From: Coriobacteriia bacterium
Lineage (GTDB): Bacteria; Actinomycetota; Coriobacteriia; Anaerosomatales; JBAZZO01
Length of the DNA stretch: 64,000 nucleotides
NCBI GenBank assembly: GCA_041658765.1
Contig: JBAZZO010000013.1
Location: 4,742 to 68,741 of the forward strand
Direction of reading: 5' to 3'
Part shown: in pieces, positions 46,802-54,493 of the stretch
How positions within the stretch are numbered: the first letter of the stretch is position 1
Layout of the letters: the number at the start of each line of letters is the position of its first letter
The notes under the pieces: generated by a model
Told to the model about the DNA's origin: nothing
Seen by the model: the letters and a program-made list of their open reading frames with translations, nothing else
The model's database searches: none
Position numbers and translations under genes: made by a program

Positions 46802-48934
46802 CTAGTGCGCCGCGGTGGCGGCGAGAGCGTTCGGGTCGTCGTGTGCCGTGTCGGAGTACCCGGCGTGACAACCGCGCTGCGCGCTCGTCCCGCCGCAGCT
46901 GGTGAGCCACCGGCCGAAGATGTTCCCGGTGCGCGCGTGACACCCGGCCGTCATGCACCCCGTCTCCACGTGCACCCTGCTCAGGTCCGTCGTCGTGTGG
47001 CAGGTGCGACCGTCACCGCAGTACCCGGGCTGGGCGACGCCGCTCGGCGCGCGCTCGACGCCGACGTGCGCGGCGTCCCTTCCCCTGTGGTAGCCGGTCG
47101 AGCCGTGGCAGGCCGCGCACGCGGACCGGGAGTCGCGGGCGGTCCATCCGCTCCTCACGCGCGACGCGGTCGTGGAGCTGTGGCTGTGACAGCGCACGCA
47201 GAGCGTGCCGGAACCGCGGGCGATCCTCGAGTTCGCGCGGGCGTGCTCGAGACCGAGCACCATGCTGTGGCACGAGCCGCACGTCATGCCCAGTGTGGTG
47301 GCGGGGTCGACGTAGACCGCGTCCCGCTGCGCGTCTCCCGCGATGTGGGAGTCGTCGCGACCATCGAAACGTCCGAACCTACCGTCATGCACGGACGTCC
47401 GCGGGTCGTACTGCCTGCCGCGAGAGTGACAGGCGCGCCCAGAGCCGCAGGTCTTGTCCGACGGGTCGTAGGCTCGGTTGTCGCCCGCCCTGTGGCGGTC
47501 GTGGCAGCGCATGCAGTCACGGTGGAGGTACGATCCCGCGCCGACCCGCGAGAGATCCCCGGTCGGATGACAGCCCGCGCCCGTCGAGGCGCACCCCGTG
47601 CTGCGCGAGGCGTGGGAACCCATGGCGGCGTGCGCCGCGGAGAGACCCTTGCGGCCGTGGCAAGCCTCGCACGCGTCGCGCGTGTCGCGTGCCGACCAGT
47701 CGTTCGCGATCGCGGCCGCCGAGGCGGGGTTGTTGTGGCAGTTCCGGCAGTTGTCGCCTGGGACCTTCGAGCGCCTCGAAGTCCGCAGCGCGTGTTCGTC
47801 GGTGAGGCTCGTGCCGTTCGGAGACATCAGATGGCACGATCCGCACGAGATGCCCCGGAAGGTGTAGGACGCCGCGCGGCGCGACTTCGGCGCGTGCAGC
47901 GAGCGGTCCTTCTTGTGTGTATACGACGTGTTGAGGTAGCTGCGATGGCAAGGCGCGCCCACGGTCCCGCCGCAAGCGGTCACCGTCGGCTCCATCGCCT
48001 GCACCTTGAGGACGTGGCAGCCGGGCTCGCCCTTCTTCGCCGAACCCGAACACTTCGCGGGCTTGGCGGGATGAAGAGCGTGGACGTCGTTCGCGACATG
48101 GCAGCCGGACCCGGTACGTCCGCATCCGAGTTCTCCCGAGGCCACGACCGTTCCCGCCACCGATGCCGAGTGCATCGGCGACGAGGCACCCTCCCTGTGG
48201 CAGTCCTCGCAACGGCGCTTCTTCCAGTCGGAGAGCACCTGCGTCAGACCGAACGATCGCGTGTCGTTGTGGCACTCGCCACAACCGAGATCGCGCCCGT
48301 AGACGCTGCCGGCGACGGTCGGCACTCCCGAATGCGACGTCCTCAGGTCGCGGGAATGGCACTCGTCGCACGACGCCTTCGCGCTACCGCCCTTCACCGC
48401 GTGGACGGGCTGGGTCATGTCGGTCCCCATGGCGGTGTGCGTCGCCTCGCGATAGTGGCCCCGGGGGAACGGGTCGGATATGCGCACCCGGTCGACCGGC
48501 ACCTTCTCCGAACCGTCATGGCACGCCGGGCACTCGTCCTCCTTCAGGTAGTGACACGGGATGCAGCCGACGCCCTGGTAGTCGTGGCAGGGCACGCATT
48601 TCGCATCCTTGTGGTACGCGTTGAAGTCGCGGTAGGACGTCTCGTCCCCGTGGCATCCCTTGCCGGAGTTGGTGCAGCCGCTCTCTCGGACGGGATCGTA
48701 GTCGCTCGCCTTGGTGAAGGAGTGGACCTTGCCCGTAGGAGGGTTCCAGACGGCGGAGAAGACGACCGCCGCGACGATGACGAAGACAAGCCCGGCTCGA
48801 CGCAGCCTCGTGGCGCGCACTTCCTTCGCCAGACTCTCCGAACGGTTCGGTTCCCGCACCGGCGTACCCCCTCCGCGCGCGTGAGGCCGGACCTCACGCA
48901 CTCTCCCAACAGAATGATATCCCGAAAGCATCAT
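46802..48934 (-). CDS. Membrane-anchored multihaem cytochrome c (22 C-Xn-CH sites)
   Basis: One N-terminal TM ([17 protein letters not shown]). 13 CXXCH (CVPCH, CIPCH, CPACH, CDECH, CGECH, CEDCH, CGSCH, CRNCH, CEACH, CMRCH, CGSCH, CVRCH, CAACH) plus 9 CX4-10CH. All 44 Cys are in such pairs. Confidence 0.85.
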   Translation of the reverse strand: MMLSGYHSVGRVREVRPHARGGGTPVREPNRSESLAKEVRATRLRRAGLVFVIVAAVVFSAVWNPPTGKVHSFTKASDYDPVRESGCTNSGKGCHGDETSYRDFNAYHKDAKCVPCHDYQGVGCIPCHYLKEDECPACHDGSEKVPVDRVRISDPFPRGHYREATHTAMGTDMTQPVHAVKGGSAKASCDECHSRDLRTSHSGVPTVAGSVYGRDLGCGECHNDTRSFGLTQVLSDWKKRRCEDCHREGASSPMHSASVAGTVVASGELGCGRTGSGCHVANDVHALHPAKPAKCSGSAKKGEPGCHVLKVQAMEPTVTACGGTVGAPCHRSYLNTSYTHKKDRSLHAPKSRRAASYTFRGISCGSCHLMSPNGTSLTDEHALRTSRRSKVPGDNCRNCHNNPASAAAIANDWSARDTRDACEACHGRKGLSAAHAAMGSHASRSTGCASTGAGCHPTGDLSRVGAGSYLHRDCMRCHDRHRAGDNRAYDPSDKTCGSGRACHSRGRQYDPRTSVHDGRFGRFDGRDDSHIAGDAQRDAVYVDPATTLGMTCGSCHSMVLGLEHARANSRIARGSGTLCVRCHSHSSTTASRVRSGWTARDSRSACAACHGSTGYHRGRDAAHVGVERAPSGVAQPGYCGDGRTCHTTTDLSRVHVETGCMTAGCHARTGNIFGRWLTSCGGTSAQRGCHAGYSDTAHDDPNALAATAAH

Positions 48935-48959
48935 CTTGGGGGCATCACTCGGCCGTGAC

Positions 48960-48968
48960 TGCTATACT
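48960..48968 (+). promoter_or_regulatory. Extended -10-like element TGCTATACT in the divergent cytochrome intergenic region
   Basis: tgctatact lies 43 bp upstream of ATG 49012. Confidence 0.3.
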
Positions 48969-49011
48969 CGCCTCGGGGTACGAGTCTCGCTCGATCGGAC
49001 GGAGGGGACCG

Positions 49012-49926
49012 ATGAAGAACGTATCGATCCGTACGCGGATCCTCGGTGGCATCGTGCTCGTCAACCTGCTCGGCGCGCTCGTGGTGATGGTCTACCTCCA
49101 CCAGTCGTTCTCGGGCGGCCTCGACGTCGCGTCGAAGAAATCGATGAGCGTGTCCTTGAGCGTGTGGAACGACGTCACATCGCACACGGGCAAGCCTATC
49201 GACTTCGCGAGCCTGTACAAGGACGGCGGATCCTACCTCGAGCGCATGAAGCAGGTGACCGGCTCCGAATACGGCCTGCTCCTCGACAAGGCGGCGACCG
49301 ACGCCCAGTCGTACGAGAAGCTCCGCTCGGCTGCGAACCTGCCCAACGACTGGGACGAGCGCGAGAACAGCGTCCTGTCCGCCGTGACCGATCGCGGCCT
49401 CGCCGACCGGATGACCATCGGCGTCGACTCGGGCTCCATACCCGAGATCGGGAAGATGATCGGCATCGAGAACGGCGCCTGCTCGAAGACGTGCCACGCC
49501 GGCGTCAAGGGCAAGGGCGACTTCTGGGGCGTCTCGTGGAGCGACGACTCGCGCAGCCGCGCGCATGCGGTCTTCCCGGTCGCGGACGCGGCGGGGAAGC
49601 CCCTCGGCCTCGTCTACTCGATCGAGGACATCTCGGCCCAGGCGGACGCCGACAAGGGATCACTCTATCGCACGTTCTTCATGATCATCACCACGCTCTT
49701 GATCGCCACGGCGGTCATCGGCTACATGCTCGACGCCCTCGTCTTCAAGCGTCTCAACCACATGATCATGAGCATGGAGGACCTCTCCATCCGCGTCGCG
49801 GGCGGTGACTTCGGCGCCCACTTCGAGACCGACGGCACCACCGACGAGATCGGAAGGTTCCAGCAGTTCTTCGCGAAGTTCCTGGACCTGATGTCGTCGA
49901 CGCTCGACGCGCTGCTCAAGAAGTAG
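49012..49926 (+). CDS. Two-TM sensor-like protein: extracytoplasmic haem-c (CXXCH) domain + HAMP, no output domain
   Basis: TM1 ILGGIVLVNLLGALVVMVYL. Outer domain with NLPNDWDERENSVL...GACSKTCHAG (resembles the Tll0287/DUF3365 haem-c sensor). TM2 FFMIITTLLIATAVIGYML. HAMP FKRLNHMIMSMEDLS...TDEIGRFQQFF. GGAGGGG SD. Confidence 0.65.
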   Translation: MKNVSIRTRILGGIVLVNLLGALVVMVYLHQSFSGGLDVASKKSMSVSLSVWNDVTSHTGKPIDFASLYKDGGSYLERMKQVTGSEYGLLLDKAATDAQSYEKLRSAANLPNDWDERENSVLSAVTDRGLADRMTIGVDSGSIPEIGKMIGIENGACSKTCHAGVKGKGDFWGVSWSDDSRSRAHAVFPVADAAGKPLGLVYSIEDISAQADADKGSLYRTFFMIITTLLIATAVIGYMLDALVFKRLNHMIMSMEDLSIRVAGGDFGAHFETDGTTDEIGRFQQFFAKFLDLMSSTLDALLKK

Positions 49927-49951
49927 CACGCCCGGGACTCGGGGAGGGTTC

Positions 49952-52381
49952 ATGACAAGGACCAAAGGGGTCGCGCTAGCCGTTGCGGCGGCGGCGCTCG
50001 TCCTGGCACTGCCCGCGCTGGCCGACGGCGTACCGGTGACCTACAACGCCTACGGCCGCGCATTCGTCGGGCGGGGCTGCTCCGACCAATCGGGCGGGAC
50101 CGGCCTGGGCTGCCATTCGACGGGCCGCGACGGCGCGAGCATCGTCAACAGCGACACCCCGCACCACAAGATGGTGCAGGACGTCCGCGCGCATCCTTCG
50201 GCCCTCCTCCCCGCGGCGTCCGCATCGGGAATGTGGCCGACGCCGACGTTCGGGACGGGCCTGCGGGTCTTCCCCTCCAACATCGCCTACATCATCGGCG
50301 GCTCGAACCTCGGCAAGGAGTACGTGCTCATCCCGGGAAGCGCCATCACGGCGGGCTACGGACCCACGAGCGTGCCGTTCCCCTCTGGCGCGCCCGCCGA
50401 CGACCTGCCCCTCCTCAACGGCTGCAACGGCGCGTACGAGAACGGCGCATGGACGTGGGCGGCCGAGGGTGTCGTCGGCGTCAGCGCGTATTTCCAGCGC
50501 TGCGGAGGCTGCCACAATCTCGGCGTCACAAGAGCGGCGAACGCCACGTACACGCTCGGCGACGGGGTGGCCACGATGGGCCGTTCGACGCCGACGACGG
50601 TCGCCGCGCTGAGCATCCTCTGCGAGGTCTGCCACGGCACGGGCCGCGAGGGCGGGCGCTGCGGCGTCGAGGTCGCCGCGTGGACGACGGCGGGCCCGCG
50701 GCCGATCCTCTCGTCTCGGGTCTGCGGCCAGTGTCACGTGACCGGCACGGCGCGCGAGACCAACTACGCCGGGAGCGGCAAGTTCTCGAACCCCAACGGC
50801 TACACCGTCGACCAGACGCTGACCGCCTACTTCGACGTCGCGAGCACGGTGCCGAGCGAGGGCGGCTTCGTCGCGGGGACCGGGAGCAGCGCCAGCAAGT
50901 TCTACCCGAATGGCGCCAACCAGACGATGCGCCACAGCTACTACAACGAGTGGCTGAAGACGGGGCACGCCAAGACACTCACGAGCCCGGGGAACAACGT
51001 GCTGAATGCCGCCCGGGGCCGCGTGAAGTGCCTGCGTTGCCACACCGGCGAGGGCTTCCTCGACTACATCGGCGCGAGCATCGTGCCCACACAGTTCGAC
51101 GTGACGTTGACCACCTTGCCCGTCAGCGGGCGCTGGACGACCAACGCGATGTACGCACAGGAGTGCGTGATCTGTCATGTCTCCCACGACTCCAGGTCGG
51201 GACTCGGTAGAAGGACCAACCAGCGGACCGGTAGGCGCGTCTCCTGCGGGGACTGCCACAACTGGCAGTACGAGGTGCTCGAGACGACGATAACCTCCAA
51301 CTACGACCTGCCGATCTCGAGCTACCGTTCGGGCAGCGTGCGCGTGAGCCACCCGAACCGCGAGATGCTCGCCGGCCGCGGCCTTCCCGAGGTCACGCTG
51401 GGCGAGGAGTTCATGCCCGGGGCCAGGTGCTCCGGATGCCACATGCCCGACACCGCCCGCAACGCGCAGCGCCCGAGCCACCGGTTCCTGCCGATGGAGC
51501 CGGGCGACGCCGAACGTTGGCAGGTGAAGGAAGAGGGCGACTCCTGCACGCCTTGCCATCCCAGCTTGAGTCGCGAGAGCCTGCAGGAGAGCATCGAGGA
51601 GTGGAAGGACACCTTCGCGGCCGGCGATCGGACCGCGTCCGCCGCCATCGACGCCGGGTACCTGCGTGGCTTCGCGACGTCGTCGGCGACGAACTGGATG
51701 CTCTACAAGAAGGCCTATCTCATCCGCTCGTATCTCCGCAACGACGGCAGCTCCGGCGTCCACAATCCACCGTACGCGGCGGCCGGGTGGGCGAAGGCCG
51801 CGTACATGGCGAAGGCCATCGGGGGTTCGGTCTCCATCGCGGACGCGGGCGGCGGCACCTACATCTGGGGGACCGTCTCGTTCGGCGACGGCACGGCCGT
51901 CCGCGAGCAGGTCGTATCCGTCGAGGCGAAGCCCTACGGCGCCACGGGCTGGGCCACTCTCTCGAGCACGAAGACCGACTCGGCGGGCCGCTATTCCGTG
52001 AACATCGCCCCGACCGTGAACACGCGCTACCGCGTCGTATGGCGCGTCACGTCGACGGAGCGGATCTCCAGCTCCGACCGTCTCGTCAGCGTCCGGGCCC
52101 GCACGAGCCTCGTCGCCACGCCCTTCATCGTCCCGTTCGGACGGGCGTTCACGCTCACCGGGAGAGTCACCCCCGCGCAGGCCGGCAGCGTGGTCATCCA
52201 GTACCGCCCCAGCACATCATCCGTGTGGCGCACGCTCACCCGGCGGACGCTCTCCGGGACGGGCACCTTCGCGTATCGCCTGACACGCGCCCGCGGCGCA
52301 TGGTGGTTCCGCGCGACCTGGGCGGGCAACGCCCGGTATGCCGGTTCGACGTCCGCCCCCGTGATCGTCTTCGTCCACTGA
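49952..52381 (+). CDS. Secreted multihaem cytochrome c (8 CXXCH + 1 CX10CH) fused to the shared C-terminal surface module
   Basis: Signal peptide VALAVAAAALVLALPALADG. CGGCH, CEVCH, CGQCH, CLRCH, CVICH, CGDCH, CSGCH, CTPCH plus CSDQSGGTGLGCH. NrfA-superfamily-like helix DGSSGVHNPPY. Two beta-sandwich domains at the C-terminus. Confidence 0.85.
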   Translation: MTRTKGVALAVAAAALVLALPALADGVPVTYNAYGRAFVGRGCSDQSGGTGLGCHSTGRDGASIVNSDTPHHKMVQDVRAHPSALLPAASASGMWPTPTFGTGLRVFPSNIAYIIGGSNLGKEYVLIPGSAITAGYGPTSVPFPSGAPADDLPLLNGCNGAYENGAWTWAAEGVVGVSAYFQRCGGCHNLGVTRAANATYTLGDGVATMGRSTPTTVAALSILCEVCHGTGREGGRCGVEVAAWTTAGPRPILSSRVCGQCHVTGTARETNYAGSGKFSNPNGYTVDQTLTAYFDVASTVPSEGGFVAGTGSSASKFYPNGANQTMRHSYYNEWLKTGHAKTLTSPGNNVLNAARGRVKCLRCHTGEGFLDYIGASIVPTQFDVTLTTLPVSGRWTTNAMYAQECVICHVSHDSRSGLGRRTNQRTGRRVSCGDCHNWQYEVLETTITSNYDLPISSYRSGSVRVSHPNREMLAGRGLPEVTLGEEFMPGARCSGCHMPDTARNAQRPSHRFLPMEPGDAERWQVKEEGDSCTPCHPSLSRESLQESIEEWKDTFAAGDRTASAAIDAGYLRGFATSSATNWMLYKKAYLIRSYLRNDGSSGVHNPPYAAAGWAKAAYMAKAIGGSVSIADAGGGTYIWGTVSFGDGTAVREQVVSVEAKPYGATGWATLSSTKTDSAGRYSVNIAPTVNTRYRVVWRVTSTERISSSDRLVSVRARTSLVATPFIVPFGRAFTLTGRVTPAQAGSVVIQYRPSTSSVWRTLTRRTLSGTGTFAYRLTRARGAWWFRATWAGNARYAGSTSAPVIVFVH

Positions 52382-52386
52382 CCGGC

Positions 52387-53346
52387 ATGCCAGGACGCCG
52401 GCTCGGCACCGACCCGCGGCTCAAGCGCTACGACCGCCTCGAGGACATGATCGGCGACACGGCGAACCCGACGCCGATCGTCGCGTTGCGCCGGATGGCG
52501 CCTCCCGGAGTCGCACTCTACGTGAAGCTCGAATGGGTGAACCCGTTCGGCTCGATCAAGGACCGCGCGGCGAAGTGGATGCTGACCGGGCTCGAGGCGC
52601 GCGGCGAGCTCGGCGACCGCACCATCGTCGAGGCGACCTCGGGCAACACGGGCATCGCGCTCGCCGCGATGGCGGCGCTGATGGGCAAGCGCATCGTGAC
52701 GACGGTCCCCCGCGAACTCTCCGACGAGAAGGACGCGCTCCTTCGCATGTTCGGGGCTAGCGTCGTCCGCACCCCCGCGGACGCCCCCGCCGGCGAGCAC
52801 CCGATGGACACCGCGTTCGCGATGGCCGAGGCGATGGCTCGCGACGCGGACGCGTACGTGATGCCGAACCAGTACGACAATGCCGACAACGTTCGCGCCC
52901 ACTACGAGACCACGGGCCCGGAGATCTGGGAGCAGGCCGAGGGCACGGTGCGCTACTTCTTCGCCGGCTTCGGGACATGCGGCACGCTCGTCGGCGCCGG
53001 ACGCTACCTCAAGGAGCGCGACCCCGACGTGCGCGTCATCGGCATCGAGCCGGTTCCCGGCCACCACATCTCGGGACTGAAGAACCTCACCGAGACGAGC
53101 GTCCCGGGCATCCTCGACCGATCGGTCCTCGATGAGGTCGTCTCCGTCGACGACGAGATGACCAACGAGACGATGGTGCGCCTCTATCGCGAGGAGGCGC
53201 TCGCCGTCGGTCCGTCCGCCGCGGCGATACTCGCGGGCGCGCTGCGCTACCTCGAAGGCCGCGAAGGCGTCGCCGTCGCGATCGCCCCCGACAGCGGGCA
53301 GAAGGCGGCGAGCTACCTCGCCGACGTCATGCGGGACGAGGCGTAG
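52387..53346 (+). CDS. Cysteine synthase family PLP enzyme (CysM/CysK-like)
   Basis: YVKLEWVNPFGSIKDRAA (PLP Lys), EATSGNTGIALA, FAGFGTCGTLVGAG. 319 aa from ATG 52387. Confidence 0.85.
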   Translation: MPGRRLGTDPRLKRYDRLEDMIGDTANPTPIVALRRMAPPGVALYVKLEWVNPFGSIKDRAAKWMLTGLEARGELGDRTIVEATSGNTGIALAAMAALMGKRIVTTVPRELSDEKDALLRMFGASVVRTPADAPAGEHPMDTAFAMAEAMARDADAYVMPNQYDNADNVRAHYETTGPEIWEQAEGTVRYFFAGFGTCGTLVGAGRYLKERDPDVRVIGIEPVPGHHISGLKNLTETSVPGILDRSVLDEVVSVDDEMTNETMVRLYREEALAVGPSAAAILAGALRYLEGREGVAVAIAPDSGQKAASYLADVMRDEA

Positions 53347-53349
53347 ACC

Positions 53350-53658
53350 GTGCCCGCGGGAGAGCGTGCGACCGTCCACATGTTCGGCGTGCTCCACTCG
53401 CTGCGGGTGGAGCGGGGCCTTCCCTCGAGCGTGGAAATGGACGTCCCGCCCGAGGGTGTGCCGGCGCGCGCGATCGCGCTCGATCTCGATCTGCCTCTTG
53501 AAAGCATCGAGGCGGTCTTCGTGAACCACACCGCGTTCGGACTCGACCACGTCGTCCTGCCGGGCGACCGGGTCGCGTTCGCGCCGTTCGGCACTCCCGG
53601 CCCGCATCGGTTCTGCCTCGGCCTCTTCGACGCCGGCCGTGAGGGCCGCGACGATTAA
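53350..53658 (+). CDS. MoaD/ThiS-like ubiquitin-fold protein lacking a C-terminal GG
   Basis: ATVHMFGVLHSL...VFVNHTAFGLDHVVLPGDRVAFAPFGTPGP follows the MoaD/ThiS layout, but ends FGTPGP plus a further extension instead of GG. It starts 3 nt after the cysM-like stop. Confidence 0.4.
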   Translation: MPAGERATVHMFGVLHSLRVERGLPSSVEMDVPPEGVPARAIALDLDLPLESIEAVFVNHTAFGLDHVVLPGDRVAFAPFGTPGPHRFCLGLFDAGREGRDD

Positions 53659-54242
53659 GCTTCGTCGATGCCGAACAGCAGGCGGATCGCCATGTGCGCC
53701 TCATGCGCGGCGGCCGTCATGACCCGCGAGGCGATCAGCGGCGAGCCGAGACTCGCGTCGCTCGTCAGGTCGCCCACCACGTAGAGACGCTGCGCCATGC
53801 GGTCCGTGACGATGTCGTTCGCCGAACCGGTCCCGGCGAGCCCCGACGCAGTGATGAGAGGCGTGCCGGGCGCCACGCGCATGCATGCGTTGACGATCAT
53901 CGCCTTCGTCGCCGCCGCATCCACCGCCTCGATGATGACGTCGGCGCCGCGCACGAGGCGCGGTAGGTTCTCCTCGGTGATACGCTCGGTCACGAGCGTA
54001 AGACGCACTTCGGGGTCGATGCGCGAAAGGGTCTCGGCGAGCGCCTCGGTCTTGAGCCGGCCGATCTGGTCGCGGAAGTAGAGCTGGCGGTCGAGATTCG
54101 ACTCCTCCACGCGATCGAAGTCGACGAGCGTGAGCGCGCGCACCCCGCCGCGGACGAGCATGGCGGCCGCGTTGCTGCCCAGCCCGCCGCAACCGAGGAC
54201 GACGACACGTGCCGCGCCGAGGCTTGCGCGCACGTCGCTCAT
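53655..54242 (-). CDS. ThiF/MoeB/HesA-family E1-like adenylyltransferase (short form)
   Basis: RVVVLGCGGLGSNAAAMLVRGGV...LVDFDRVEESNLDRQ is a Rossmann/ATP motif. 195 aa. Only the 3' part of the 569-aa track ORF is used. Confidence 0.8.
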   Translation of the reverse strand: MSDVRASLGAARVVVLGCGGLGSNAAAMLVRGGVRALTLVDFDRVEESNLDRQLYFRDQIGRLKTEALAETLSRIDPEVRLTLVTERITEENLPRLVRGADVIIEAVDAAATKAMIVNACMRVAPGTPLITASGLAGTGSANDIVTDRMAQRLYVVGDLTSDASLGSPLIASRVMTAAAHEAHMAIRLLFGIDEA

Positions 54243-54478
54243 CCCCCCGCCACCGGCGGGAAGACGGCGAGACGGTCGCCGTCGCGCAGGACCGTCGTCT
54301 CCTCCGCGTGCCGTCCGTTGACGAAGACCACCCGCGGCTCGTCCGGAAGCGCCAGAGACGCCGCCACGTCGGCGACGGTCGTACCCTCGGCGAGCTCGAA
54401 GGGGCGGGCGTGGCGTCCGCCCGCCCCGTCGGGCTGGTAACGCGCGAGTGTCGCGAAGAGCGCTATGTCGACCTTCAT
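54239..54478 (-). CDS. MoaD/ThiS-family sulfur carrier (C-terminal GG)
   Basis: 79 aa ending ...DGDRLAVFPPVAGG. The stop overlaps the ThiF-like start (ATGA). Confidence 0.8.
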   Translation of the reverse strand: MKVDIALFATLARYQPDGAGGRHARPFELAEGTTVADVAASLALPDEPRVVFVNGRHAEETTVLRDGDRLAVFPPVAGG

Positions 54479-54493
54479 TCCGCTCCCGCTCTA

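Noticed and set aside
45677-48958. 1093-aa plus-strand ORF
   Set aside because: It is an alternative frame of the GT2 gene and then antisense to the multihaem cytochrome gene. The translation is Arg/Ala/Gly-rich with no motifs. This is typical stop-codon-poor antisense sequence in GC-rich DNA.
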